Part shown: positions 26,621 to 40,260 of the stretch, piece after piece
Layout of the letters: each line of letters opens with the position of its first letter
Position numbering within the stretch: position 1 is the stretch's first letter
DNA from: Mobula hypostoma
Lineage: Eukaryota
Direction: 5' to 3'
NCBI RefSeq assembly: GCF_963921235.1
Contig: NC_086118.1
Span: forward strand, 20,400,001-20,464,000
Length of the DNA stretch: 64,000 bases
Made by a program: the position numbers and the translations under genes
Notes under the pieces: generated by a model
What the model was told of the DNA's origin: nothing
The model's database searches: none
Seen by the model: the letters and a program-made list of their open reading frames with translations, nothing else

Positions 26621-28371
26621 CACTTATTGATATTAGTTGTAGTTTGTAATAGAAAGCTGATTGTTGTAAAAGCTGGATTGGAGAAATAGGTGCAATGAGT
26701 GAATGGGTTCCATGGTAAAACTAGCTTTCTTTGTCACCTTTGTGAAGCAGTTGCCTAAAATTTTGCAGGCTAGTTAGTGTGAGATATCCTGTGCCTCTGT
26801 GTGGCCCCATTGAGACCTTCTCAAAAATGCTGTCTCCAACCTTAATATACTCTGCATGACAGTAGTACCTATGAGTGTGTAATTCTGGTCGCATAATTTT
26901 TGGGGTGGGTGGAGTATTTGTTGAGAACCAGTTAAATTCCATTGGCTTAACTAGCTACTAAAATAATATCCAATTAATTAAAGCTGAACCGGTAAGGTAA
27001 AATTATATAAATGATTTGGTGATCAACGTTTAATTGTATGTTGTTAAAATAACTTTTGAAGTTCTAACCTTGTTTCATGCCTTTTAGCAGTTCTCTCTAC
27101 TGAATTCAACAGAGAACTACCCACACAGAAGCAGGCTGCTGAAATTACCTCAATCTTGCATTCTGTTGTTGCTTAACTCCATGAGGAATCGACATTTGAG
27201 ACCAGTTGGCAAAATGCCTCTGAGCAGCTGTCAACAAGTTTGGGACTGTTGTGATTACGCATGCTTATGCAGGAATTCCAAACTTGTTGGCATTTCCCTG
27301 CAAAATCTAGCCCATTATGTTATTGTTATTGGCATTGGGAATGTGATTGATGCAGTTACCTCAAACATACGTAATTCTGTTTGCTTTTTGCCAGAAGTTG
27401 CTGAAATGCACAGGGTGCTTTATTTCCCCCAAACCTTACTCCCAGTTGTTTACGTTATATTTACATCCCTCATTAGTCATGCAGTAAAAGACACAAATCT
27501 TTTGTGTGCATTTCTTTTTACTTCCTGATAAATCCTATTTTTCACTTTTTGTCAGTGGAGGCATTTCCTTACCAGTCAGAAGTTTTCTGCATGGGCTAGA
27601 TGTTGTTGTGATAATGAAACCTACAAATGTTTTGAAGGATTAGTCTCTTGTACAGTAATTATCTCAGAAACTTTAATCCTTTATCATTTTCTATCTTAGA
27701 TATTTATTGGCTTCATTTTCAGAGAAGCAATAAAAATGTACGTGTATTTCCTTTGTTTCTTTTCCTGTGAAGTCACTAACTAGTTAAGATGTTAATGGAT
27801 AATGAAAGAAGTATTGAGAAATGATTGACCATTTCTAAGCCTGCAAATTTGATCATTACTATATTAAAAATAGCATCCTATGGTGGTAATATTTTGTTGT
27901 TTTTAAAAAATGAAATATTTTTAAAATGTTATTTGAAAACATTGCCATTTAAGACTGAAAGGGCACGACATAAAATGTTGTAAATATTGCAAAAGATTTT
28001 TATTTTGGAGGCATGTTACCTAAAACTGCAAGTTTTGGCTTCATATTTTTATTAATATAGCAATATTGATGTAGGAGAAGTAATATCTTTTCATGTTAGT
28101 TTTCAGCTTCTGTGTATGCTTTATTCAGATGGTTCATCAGCACACCAGTGGAAATAATACAATATTTCAGTTTGTGCATTTTTTGGGAAAGTAAGACTTT
28201 TTTTATCCATAAAATCTGGATTGCCCAAAGGTACACTAGCTGTAAGCTTAAACATTAATGTAGCATATAGAAATAGGCCTTTTGTCCTGCTGTGTCTGTA
28301 CTGCTTGGTGTACTTATCTGCACTAATTCCATTTACCTGCTTTATGTCTGTAGCGCTTAGGCCTTGGCGAT

Positions 28372-28530
28372 TCAAATTCAAAATAAGTTTATTATTGAGA
28401 TACATTTGTCACCATATACTACATTGAGATTCATTTTCTTGTGTGAATAAGGCAACAAACTGTTCAAATACAAAAAAGAAAACATAAAAAATGAATATTG
28501 AGACCGCAAGTTGTAAAGAGTCCTTAAGAG
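28372..28530 (-). mobile_element. Rex1-type 3' UTR fragment
   Basis: ttcaaattcaaaataagtttattattgagatacatttgtcaccatatac matches 13690 and 54651. Confidence 0.6.
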
Positions 28531-31500
28531 TACCTGTCTAGAAGCTGCTTAAATGTTGAGAGAGTATCTGCTTCCACCATCTCTTCAGGTAGCATTGCAG
28601 GCTGCAACTGCTCATTCTCACCTTCCTCATCCCCTCTAAACCTTTAATTTCTCGCCTTTAAAGTCTTAGACAACATCACAAGGGAGAAAAGTTTTAGACT
28701 TTCTACCCTATACAATCCCCTCATAATTTTAGAATTTTCACTATAACACATTTGATTGGAGTATGTGTCTTACAGAGGAAAAAGTGCTTTTTAAATTTAA
28801 TAAATAGTCCACCGTTTTTCATGGGAGCACAGCACTGAAAATAGCGTTTTGTATAGCATTGAAATTTTTTTTGAGATACACATCCCTTTTGTAAATTAGG
28901 GATTTAGTTGTTTTTTACTTGTTTTGTAGAGTAGCTGTTGATAATTCAACAGTTTTATAATTCTGATGCTATTGTAACAGTGAGTTAAGGTATTGCCCAG
29001 TGTTGCTTCCTCAACACTCTTGCAGTCCAGCTTCAGTCCTAACCTTGGATGTCGGTCTGTATGGAATTTGCACCCTGTGCTCACAGAATAAGCCACAGTT
29101 ATGAGAAGACGAATAGTTGAAATGGTATGTTTTTGTAATTTGGGCAAAGGAAGAAAACTTAACAATTTCACTCATTACCAATGAATAATTCTTGCTTCTT
29201 GAAGGTTCTGACTTTTTATTTTCTTATAAAGCTGGTGTCTCTGATACTGAATATTTTCCCTATAGAGCTTTTGGGCATTGTTCATTGTTGCATAAAACAA
29301 AAGGTTGTTTAACACTATGTTTAAATAATGCATAACAGATTTCCTGTGATTCACACTTGTCATAAAGAGGTTCATTTTCATTAAATTATTGTGGTTCATG
29401 GGTGGGAGAGAATGATAAAATTCTCCCTGTTTGGTCTGGGAAAAGAAAGAAAGGAATGCTGCTGGTCAGCTGCAGTCATTCATAAAACTGACCTGTTTAT
29501 GGTATTAAAAGAAACAAAGTCTACATTTCCTTTCCTGTGGTATCATTATTTACTTCATGCAGATGCAGCTGGTTTTCACAGAAATTGATCTTACTGCAAA
29601 GGCTGATGGAATAGGAAATGCACATTTTTTTTAAACAAACTTTTTAGTACTTGAAGTTTTACATTACTGCTTCATTCTGTTGGCCATAACATCAAAGAAT
29701 TTAAAAAGATGTTTAAACAGTAAGTAACATGAACACCTGGACTAAATAATACTATTGTAACTATCTGGTCTTGATTGCAGTACATTCCATGATGAATTCA
29801 GTACATTTTTGTTTTAAGAATGTGCTGAAAACACAATACAGCACACATTTGACATCAGAAAGTAAAAATGTGAATGATCCAACCTCAAGCTTAAAGAACT
29901 TCAATCTTGATTGAGCCACACCTAACTTAGAATATTGGTGCAAGTAAAATGTTTTCCTGCATTTGCATGTCAGCATCATCTGTATATTCTCTATAAAATA
30001 CTCTGAAATTTGCAAGTACGTGTAGGCAATTCATTCTTCTGGACAAAATTTTTAAATATTATAATCTAAAAAGATTGCTTTCCAGACTAGAGTTTACTTA
30101 AAGATCTTCTGAATATATTTTAAAATGTGCGAATGGATGAACGGTGTGTTAGTCCAGAAACCTTTTGGAATGACCTGACCTGCTAATAGATTAATGTTTG
30201 GAGTTAGTTAGGCTATGTGACTTGTAGCCCTATTAATATATATAGAGGAAACTTGAGTATAATGAGCAATGCTGATTACTTTCTCTTTCTGCATTTGCTT
30301 CTCTATTATGTCAAATGCGTGGAAGGCTGCTGTAACATTTTTGAATGGAGTGCATGACAATTTGCAAATTGTGTAAGAATCTGGTATAGTCGACTTAGGA
30401 GAAAGCGTAGGGTTACAGCCAATCTTTGACTCATACTTTGGTATTTATTTGCCCTCTCAGCCCTCTCTTTTGCTGCTTATGTAATGCATTCAACAATGCA
30501 CAAATATGGTAGTACATTGTACTTTTGAGACTTGATGTGAAAATCAATTGTTATGTGCAACCAAAATCCTGGGATCAATAACTTGCCTGGAATTTGACAG
30601 TCATTCCTTGCAGCATCTAAAAATATTATTCTCATTATCAGTTGTAAAATATTTTTGGGTTTGCAAAGGAGTAAAGCTTTCTCTGGTCACATTGTGGGTT
30701 TAGAACTCTGGCTAATTCAAATTATGAACTCTGGTTAATTCAAACATCGGCTCAAAACAGACAATAAAGAAGGGTGTTGGTTGGGATGAGAGCCAGTTTC
30801 ACTCACTCTGTGACCATCTCCATGGTGCTGAGGCTATGTAGACTGCCCCGGCTGCTGTGCTCTGTGCCTGCTAATATGAACTGGTAAGCGAGGCTTTGGG
30901 CCTACTCTGGGGTTTAGATCTGAGGATTCAATTTTGGTTCAGAATGCTGTTGTTATTTGCTTCAATTGTTTGAATGATTTTTTTTTCTTTTATTTGCACA
31001 TCAAGTTGGTTTTCTATTTTTATTTTTGTTGTGTGTAGTAAATTGGCAGTGTCAGTGTTTGAGGTTCGTATAAATATTTTGTTTCTTTCATAGTACCTGT
31101 TGATCATGGTTATTTTACACTTCTTTGTTGGCTGTCCTGACTCCATATGTCACCACACCTTTTTGCCAGTTAGTGCTATTTACTGTAAGGGTGAAATGCT
31201 CAAAACTGCTGTTGTTAGCATGTGATTCCACAACCCTAATTCAATTTCTGCAGATTTTTTCTTGTATGATTAAGTAATTGTTTCAGAACTTCAACTTCAA
31301 AAGCTTCATTCTTGTTTCCACAAATTTCTTTAAGAGAGAAACTACACAGTACAGCTCAAACTAGCCAAATATTCTTGAAAATTGAAATTACTGGCTTTTG
31401 GTATTACCTTGTCAAACCTTCAAAATTTAGGGCATATGTGCTAATCTCAGTGAATCAGAACATCACCCCAGACTGCCTTCTATTAGCTTTATTAAATATA

Positions 31501-33249
31501 ATAAAGAATAATTGAATATCTAAAGTTCAAATTTGTAACCTCTTCATGCTTTGAAAGTTATGTACTTTATTGCCAGAAAGATTGATGCCAATTGAAAGCA
31601 TAGCTTTTGGAGACCCTATTTTATCACTTATGTGGGTTGTTTTGGAATAGCAATCTTCTTTTACCATGAGTTGTACTTTTAAAATGCATTCATTCAGACA
31701 TTCTAAAAACGATTAAATATGTCTCAAATCTTGATGGTTGTCGAAGCTTTCAAGAGCTTTGCCATTACATAGACTGGAGTATTCGGGTGCTTTGATTCTG
31801 CAAAATGGGTCCTCGGCATGCAGACCTGGCTAATGTGGGCATGGGGGGAAATGGGGGTGGCGGATGTGGTTATCAAAATTTGGCTTAAGTGTTATCTCTT
31901 TTAAAAAATTCTAACTTAACTTTATATGTGTATTCCTAGTATTTTAGTTTAAAATTATGCTTTTGTTTTTCTGGTATTCTGCCTGAGAATTTGATATTAT
32001 TGTTCAGTTTACTTGACTACATCATTTCCTCTGACACCTGACAATAGTTAACATTGGAAAAGGGTTCATGGGTTGGGGCTTAAAAGATATTTTAAGTCAA
32101 TTGTGTTCAAAATCAGTGATTAAGTGCCATTATTTCTGTAATCATATTATGCAAAGTTCTCTATCACTTGATCTATAGCTTTGAATGATCAGTTTCTCAG
32201 ACATGAGCTTGCTTTTAAAACTGAATTTTTAAATTTAATGTTTTTCAGTTGGTCTTTGAGAGCATAGATTTAGGTTTGTTATAGTTAGGGTTGTGTTGCA
32301 GAGTTCAAGTATTTCAGTTGGAAAAAAACTTCAACAGTTGCAAATTCTTTTGTAGAGGAACCTAGAAATATGGGCCAGTCTTTCAAAAGTGTAAACCATT
32401 TAAGACGGGGAAAAATTTCTTGAAAGGTATATGTGTTATTTTTCCTACAAAAGACCTGCAGAATCATTTAAAGAAGGTCCTTGCTGAGAAAAGGTAGATA
32501 TAGAGTTGAATGAATCAGTTGTTCATTCAGAGCAAGCTTGAGGACCCAAGTAATCCACTGCTAATTCACGATGACTTTTTATGTTGAACAGGGTTTCCTG
32601 TGACTGGTTCCTTGGTAGCTAATGTATGGTACTTAAGATGTTATACATCTGATGGTTTTCCTATTCTTCCATTACTTAACATAGCCACCTGGAATAATAT
32701 ACTCCATTGTGGGGTTTTTTAAAGAGCCTGTCCGTTATTAAATGTGGTAGAAAAACTCCAAAAGTCTCTATGGAGAGCTGTTTTAATTATCGTGAAAGTG
32801 TATTGGTGATTTTTTTGCTCTCCTGTAACCACAATTGCTTAAACTTTTATCTTCATTTGTGAATTCTTTGCCTTCATCAAAACTGAGATGATTTGCCAAC
32901 TTGAGAAAATCATGGAAATTTTTCAGGTTTGTGCAGTCTGCAGAGTTGCATCAAAAAGCTTTGGGTATAGACTATGCCTGTTGAGATATTGTACTTTAGA
33001 TTTCCTGAATAATGCAGAGATTATTGCAATCTGGTTCCAAGATAACAAGCCTAATTTTGTGCTGCAAGTTGTAAATCTTGAACTTAGCACCATTAGTTGT
33101 TACGGTGAGGTGGTGTCTGGAGGAACACGTTAGCTGGATACAGTACTGACCAATTTCCAGGTGATGAGCAAGGCGCTGTTGTCAAGGTTATTCCTTCCAC
33201 AATGTCATTTGATGACGAGAGCAAAAGAAAACATGGTATAACCTATAGC

Positions 33250-33441
33250 AACACAGACAAAATGCTGGAGAAACTTGGCAGGTTATGCTGCATCTAAGGA
33301 AATGAATAGACAGTTGATGCTTCAGGCATTGAAGTGTCAACTGTTTATTCAGTTGCATAGATGATGCCCGACCTACTGAGTTCCAAAAGCTTTTTGTATG
33401 TTACTATGGATTTACCAGCATCTCCAGAATTTCTTGTGTTT
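33250..33441. mobile_element. Inverted pair of Penelope terminal-repeat fragments (fold-back)
   Basis: Left arm (about 33252-33324) is the reverse complement of the right arm (about 33330-33400). The right arm continues with ccagcatctccagaatttcttgtgttt as in 26590-26620. Confidence 0.75.
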
Positions 33442-33971
33442 ATATAACATTGAAGAGCTGTGCTGTCATCCAAGATTTGGTGTTGGATTAATGTGCCACT
33501 AGAAGATTGGCCTCTTGATTATTCTGTTTGGACCCTTGTGTCTTCTGAGTGACAAATTAGAGCTTAAGTTTGCATTTGTCCTCAGCATTACTTCGAGGAG
33601 AAGCATAAGGTGGTCTTTGGTTATCTTGAAGCCTGGATTTTGGTTTTGCCTTAGCATGTTTCTATATAAGGAAGGATTTTAAAGTGGTGGTATAAGAGCC
33701 TCTGCTATTTTTACAAAGACTTATTTTAACAGCCTGGGATCTATTTTATCTAAGCTTGTTGCTCTTGCTTTTAGATGATGCAGACCTCATAATATTCTTT
33801 GCTCTTTATTTTTATCGTGTCGCACATAGCTTATTCAAAATAACTACTGTTGCTAGGGTATTGTGGTGGGAGCTTTACAAGGTAAAGAGAACTGCACCCT
33901 ATTTTGGTACAACAAAGGTGAAGATAATGAAGTGAAGAACAATTAACCAGAATCCAGTGCACAAACAAGTA

Positions 33972-35111
33972 CAGTGGATTCCGGTTAATTGGGACTGGTG
34001 CATTTAGGCTTAATTAGGTGGGTGCCCCAATTAGCCTAAGTTTCATGGAAGTAGTTTAAACAAAATTTTAAAAAAGACAAACTACTGTTTAAGTAACAAA
34101 GTATGTATTTAGATGAAATACAGAACAAATTGAAACACTAACAATATTACTACAGTACTTTAAAGCTGTGTATTTGTAATGGTTACTGACAGAGGAGTTC
34201 AAGTGTCCCCTGGCATAGCACTTGATTGGTAAACTATCCATTCTTTGTCACTTAAACTTGAGGTTTAACACTTTCCCCAAAACCAACAATTTCTTATCAG
34301 TTCCCGATATATTTAAACAACACAACAGTTACGTGATCCATTGCTTTCTTTGAACCTGATAGTATTACATGTTTGTAGCAAAGGGTAGTGTCCAGTGTGG
34401 CATGATTTTAAAAAAAGCCTGTTTTATCGGCATTGTAGATGTCATCTGCACTTAGCGCATCAGCACTAACTTTCTCACCGCATACTTTCTTGAATTTAAC
34501 ATGGTGTCTACATTTCCATTGAGACAACCAATTGTTTGTTGCTTGAAGTAAAACATTTCTGACCCAGCTTCTTAGCTAGTTCCTCTGATTTGCTTTTTAA
34601 CATTGGCCCACTGACACGCACCTTGTGCAGTTATAATAGAACTCTATTGATTGAGGGTCACTTCAACATCTGGATCCTTACCTTCACGCTTTCGTTTTTG
34701 GAATGTTCTCTGTTGTCCCTTGCGTAATGCCCATTCTTAGTTTATGTTGCTGATGTATCAAGCATGCAGCTGAGTGGTGTTAGATGGATGGTTTTAATTT
34801 GGTCCACTACGGTAATTGAAAGTCAAGTTTAAAAAAAATGCAATTATCAAAATACACTGCTTTTTGCATTGGTGACCATTGGCCAATTGGATAACATAAC
34901 ACAAGCACAGGCAACTAACGCAACTAATCACTGTAAGCACTGTGTAGTGTCTAAGAACCACACAAGTGCACATGACTGACCGTTTCCTGTCCAATTAAGT
35001 GGCATAGTATCCCAAATAAACAAAGGGAACCCTGGCTATATTTTCGATTTATTTTTGTTCTTTAAGAGTTGTCCCAAATAATTGGATGCCCTGATTAATC
35101 AGAGTCCACTG
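33972..35111 (-). mobile_element. Tigger/pogo-like transposon derivative with CENP-B-type HTH remnant
   Basis: TIRs cagtggattccggttaatt / attaatcagagtccactg with a left TA. Minus strand 34450-34700 encodes KRKREGKDPDVE..VSGPMLKSKSEELAKKLG..KFKKVCGEK. Confidence 0.8.
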
Positions 35112-35994
35112 TGTTTGCATTTTTATAGTTCAGCTCAATAAGGCATGCATAAGGTGGTAAGTTGATATTCTATGTACAGATTAAAAATCAGTAGTATCGA
35201 CTCAATCGTTTCTACTCAATGTAGAATTACCTATTGAGCAAATAAATACTTCTAATCTGGTTTTGATACTGAAAGGAAAGGGGGATAATTCATATTTACT
35301 GTCATCTTTTTGGGGTTAATAGACACCCAGCCATTTACCATCATTTTTTCATATTTTACTTGGGTCATTAACCTAGCAGAAATAGTAATTGGGCATAGAC
35401 TGCATGCAGTATGGCATTTAAGGACAGATAGGATGATGCACAACTCTACAGCTTGATGAGTTGTTGAAATAAAATGCCTAAATGGTGAATCTGAAGTGGG
35501 TTGAAATTTTTAAGAGTAAGATTAAAAGTGATGCTCTGAACAGAAGATATACTCTTAAATTATTTGCGAAATGATACTATTAGGATCCAGTATTATATCA
35601 TCCTCCTGAAGCTAACTATTGGCAGCCATGGGTCTTCTGTGCATCATTTTGTGGATTCTGTTGCTTAGATGTTCAGGTCCGCTTTATCAGTTTCAAGAAT
35701 GGATAAAGTACTTTTTTGGCATAAAGGGTAGCCTCGTGGAGAAATAGTTAAAGCAAGGTAAAACTAATTAATGAACATTCTGGAGTGGATCAGTGATGGA
35801 ATATATTTGTGGGAAAACTGAACTGGAGTATGCCAAAATTATTATTCTTAAATATGATGTAATGCAATTTGAGTGCACCTTAAAATGAAAGGCTCGTGCA
35901 TGCTTTGATGACCTCCAGGTTAGTTCAAAATCCTTTGTAGCAACTGAAGAACTTTAAGAAAGTATAAAATATGGTATTTACACACCAAAAGCTG

Positions 35995-36200
35995 CTGTGT
36001 CTCAGGTCCAATGATCCATGCCCACTTACGCCATGAATGTAAAAGAGAAGATTATACTCTCCTGTGTTTGCCTGGGTTCCCTCTTCATGCCCCACTTTCC
36101 TCACAGTTGTCAAAGATGTGTGGAATGCTAGGTCAGTTGACTTACATTGACCATTGCTAAATGGGTGGCAGAATTGATGAAGAGTTCGAGGAAAATTCAT
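35995..36200 (+). mobile_element. Degenerate V-SINE/HE1-like SINE
   Basis: tactctcctgtgtttgcctgggttccctc...cactttcctcacagttgtcaaagatgtg resembles the V-SINE central domain. Confidence 0.45.
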
Positions 36201-36836
36201 GGGCAAATAGATTTGCTGTGATGACTTCATGGTTGAATGGCTATCTTCTCTGTTATAAGGAAAGATGAAAATAATCAGATATTCTGCTGTACTGTTGAAA
36301 AATAAAATTGACAGGCAGCCTGGAAAACTCCCACAAGCAATGTAATTGGATCTTTCAAGTAAATCCCAGGACAAATAAACGTCTGTTTAATGTAAGCTAA
36401 GAGAATATGCCTGCAATATGCATCATTTCATCAGTACAACACAGTTGTATGAGCTATGCAATGGGCCCATTTTCCAGTGGGGCAGCATCAGTGGCAAAAA
36501 GAATGGAGTTATTATTTCAGGTTGACGATCCTCCCTCAGAGCTAGAAAAGAGAAAATGGAAGGGGTTTTTAGTAAAGGGATAAATTAGACAAAAATGAAT
36601 ACTGCTTGAAGTGCTGAGGTTAGTGTGTCTGTCATATATAGCTGTGAATGAAGTCATGCACTTGATAAGTTAGAGGGAATATAAGAGAGAATATGAACAA
36701 AGGAATGTGAAAGCTTTCAAGTGCAGAACTCTTAAGACATAGCCAGGAGATCAGTCATGCTGTTACATGGAAAAAAGTAGCTAAAATTTGCAGGTAGACA
36801 ATCTAAATCAAAATTGACCAATTCAGAGACAAACTA

Positions 36837-37567
36837 CAGTGGATTTTGGTTAATGGGCTGTCAGCTAATTGGGGAAGCTGCTTATTTGGCACAACTAAAG
36901 AACAACAACTAATTGAGAAAATTGCTGGGATTCCCTTTGTTTATTTGGACACTGCCATTTACTTGGAACAGAAGACTTCTGCTGAACAGTTTCTAGTTAG
37001 TGTCAGTTGCGTGCACTTGTGTGGCCACTAGACTCTATACTGTGCTTACAGTGAACATTTTTTAAATAACGTTAGTTACGTGTGGTTGTGTTCAAGCACT
37101 CAGGCTTGGAGATACCAGAGACTGCCATTGGGCATTATGAAGTGAACAGTTTTTAAATAGTAGCGTTGCATGTGCTTGTGTTATCCATTTGGGTCGACGA
37201 GTGCCGATTCAAAAAGCAGTGATTTTTGATCACTTTGATTTTTATTTTGACTTTATGCAGGAAGGCAATGAAGGTAATCCATTTATCTGCACTAGGTGTC
37301 TGCATTGATTCTGTTCATTTGCAGTTGATCAAAAGAACGCGAATAATTATTCCTTCGGTTACTATCAGGAACTAAAATCCACAGTATTATTGTTATGGTA
37401 TTGATCGTGCTATAATTTGCTCTGTAGTTAAATGCATAATTTGTTATCTCAGTTAAATGGTAGCTTGTCTTTGTTATGCTTTTTAACTATTTCCATGACA
37501 CTTTAGCCATTTGGGGCAAAATGTACTGGTCCTGATGTGTCCCAATTACCCTAACTGGAATCCACTG
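36837..37567 (+). mobile_element. MITE of the same family as 33972-35111, opposite orientation
   Basis: TA-cagtggatt...ggaatccactg-TA. 36890-36950 is the reverse complement of 35010-35075. Confidence 0.8.
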
Positions 37568-37748
37568 TATTCAGTTTGCATTACTACAGCTCCTGTTCTC
37601 ATAATGCTAAAACATTAAAATCAGCATTTGTTTTTGGAATTTTTGTCCTTTCTGTAATCACTTTAATATAGCACTGCTATTGTGATAAAAATAGCCATAT
37701 TAGTCAATTGCACTTAGAATCTGAATCAGGTTTATTATCACTGACATA

Positions 37749-39172
37749 CAGTTGCAAGAAAGGGCTTGTGAACCCTTTGCAATTACCAGGTTTTCTGCAT
37801 TAATTGTTCATAAAATGTGGACTAATCTTCATCTAAGTTACAAGAATAGACAAACACAATCTGCCTAAACTGATAAAACAAACACAAAATCTCGCACTCT
37901 CGCTCTCTCTCACACACACACTCTCACTTTTGTACGTCTCATCAATACTGAGTACACCATTTAAGCAATCTCAGTCTAGGTTCAAAAAAGTATGTGAACT
38001 TGTGGAGTAATGTCTTCTACAGAGGCTATTTGGAGTCAGGTGTTCCAATCAATGAGATGAGATCGGAGATGTGGGTTGCAGAGTTGACCTACCCTAACAA
38101 AAACACACATGCAAAGTCAGGTTACTAACAGCCTGCTATTCTCAGGAATGATCTGTTTATGTGCACCATACCTCGATCAGAACATCTTTCAGAGGACCTT
38201 AGAAGAAGACTGTGAATGATTAAACAATGTGTTCAATAAAGACTTGATGTTTGTTTGTTACTAGCTTAGATAGATTGTGTTTGTCTATTATTGTGACTTA
38301 GACCACATTTTGAGTAATTAATGAAGAAAACCAGGTACAGGTGCACATTCCTTTATCCGAAATTCTGAAATCCAAAAAGCTCCGAAAACCAAAGTTTCTT
38401 CACCGACAGCTGACGTCACTCAGGTGTGACGTGGCAGCACTAGCAGAGGCTGCCAGTCGTCAGTTGTGGCTCTTCGCTCGTACTGGTTACACGTGCATTT
38501 GCTTTTCGCTGATGTTTTGTGTTCACTGTTGACTTTGCGTTTAATTTCACTGTGTACCCCTACGGGTAACAATGAGAAAAGGAGAAGGAGCATCTATCAT
38601 TGTCAATAACGCAGAAAGTGGAGTTACTGCAGAAGCTTGATCGTGGTGTGTCTGTGCGGCGTCTTGCTGAAGAAAGTAGTTTCAGAACTACCACTGTATA
38701 TACCACTGTATGATTTTAAATTAACAAAACATGTTACTAAAGATTTATAGTGACTGTGACGTTCTACATTTATTCCAATAAGTCATTTACCATGTGTTTG
38801 ATTCGGTTCGTTTGAAGCTGTATATTTTTGTTTTATTGAATGTTTTTGTTGGAAATAAATTTTCTTCCTGTCATTATTCCCTGAACAATACAGTATAATT
38901 ATTTACATAGCATTTACATTGTATTAGGTATTATAAGTAATCTAGAGATGATTTAAAGTATACGGGAGGATGTGCATAGGCTTGGTGTGCAGCTGGTTCC
39001 TAAAGTCCACCGCACTGAGACAAGTTAAATAAGGGACTTGAGCATACGTGATTTTTGGTATCGGGGGGGGGGGCAGGTTTTGAATTCCGAAATGCAACTG
39101 TCCCCAAGGATTTCAGATAAGGGATTGTGGACCTGTAATTGTAAAGGGTTGATAAACTTTTTCTTGCAACTG
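37749..39172 (+). mobile_element. Internally deleted Tc1-family element (interrupted by a Tigger)
   Basis: TA flanks 37747-48 and 39173-74; termini cagttgcaagaaa / tttcttgcaactg; long TIRs. Transposase start remnant PRSEHLSEDLRRR near 38170. Confidence 0.88.
38338..39135 (+). mobile_element. Tigger-type non-autonomous transposon
   Basis: TA flanks 38336-37 and 39136-37; TIRs caggtgcacattcctttatccgaaat / atttcagataagggattgtggacctg. HTH remnant HLSLSITQKVELLQKLDRGVSVRRLAEE at about 38590-38675. Confidence 0.88.
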
Positions 39173-39420
39173 TATCTTATGAAATTTGTTGTTTTGTGGC
39201 AGCAGTGCAATACATATACTATAAATTATAAATAGAAACATGTTCGAGGGGACTTCCGGTAGAGCTCATGGAGTGAAGTCGTGTTCTTGACTCACTCCAT
39301 TACCTCTGAGTTTTTCTTCTTATGATCAGCTATATTTTAATTAACCATTAAGGCATCGACTTTTACAATATTTTGAAATAAATTGGGCTCTTTGATAATC
39401 GGATGCTTTTAAGGTCTGCT

Positions 39421-40260
39421 ATGTCTAAGAAAGGAAAAAACGGGAAGGACGGCAAACCTCCGGTTAGACCGAAAGGTATCAATTTTCCTCCGACTGAACC
39501 ACCGGTTCATATAACCAAAGCTATATCGGATCTAATTCAAAGGGAAATTTCAACCTCTATTACGGAGCTGATTCGTGCGGAAATTTCAATTAATTTCCAG
39601 AAAATTGCCGATTCAATCGATAACATACAAACATCTATTACGGAACATCAGTCGGCTATATCTGATCTTCAAAAATCCACACAACAAAATGAACTCAAGA
39701 TGGAGAAAATCAAAGAAACAATTAATGTAATGAAGAAACTTGACTTTCTGACCTTTAAAAACTCTGACTTAGAATCCAGAATGCGACGACAGAATCTTCG
39801 AATGATTGGTGTGCGTGAAGCTGTTGAATCTGATAACCTTATGAAGTATTTTTCTCAACTTTTAAAAGATGCATTTCCTACTGTATTTCCTGACCAACCA
39901 CCGTTACTGGATCGTGTTCACAAAGTTCCATCATACTCGTCTAAGTCAGATAAACCTCGACATGTCATCTTACGTTTTCATTACTTTCAAGACAAGGAGA
40001 AACTGTTTCGTTTCGTTCAATCTAAAGGTTACATTGATTTTTTGGATCTTAAGTTCTGATTCGTGGAGGATTTCAGCAAACCAATTCGGGATCAGCGGGT
40101 TCGTTACAGATCTGTGATGTCGGAACTCTACAAGATGGATTTAAAACCAGCGCTGCTTTACCCAGCACGTCTAAGGATTCGTACGTTGGATGGAGCCCTC
40201 TGTTTTTTTAAAATCTCCATCGGATGCCCAGAGTTATCTGGATCAATTTTCACCTTCAAC
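39421..40260 (+). pseudogene. L1 ORF1 (coiled coil, RRM, CTD), disrupted
   Basis: DLESRMRRQNLRMIGVRE, LDRVHK, PRHVILRFHYFQDKE, in-frame TGA 40057-59, then EDFS..ALLYPARLRI. End coordinate approximate. Confidence 0.85.

Noticed and set aside
30720..31030. GC-richer segment resembling an interspersed repeat
   Set aside because: Single copy in the window with no diagnostic termini, so it could not be classified.
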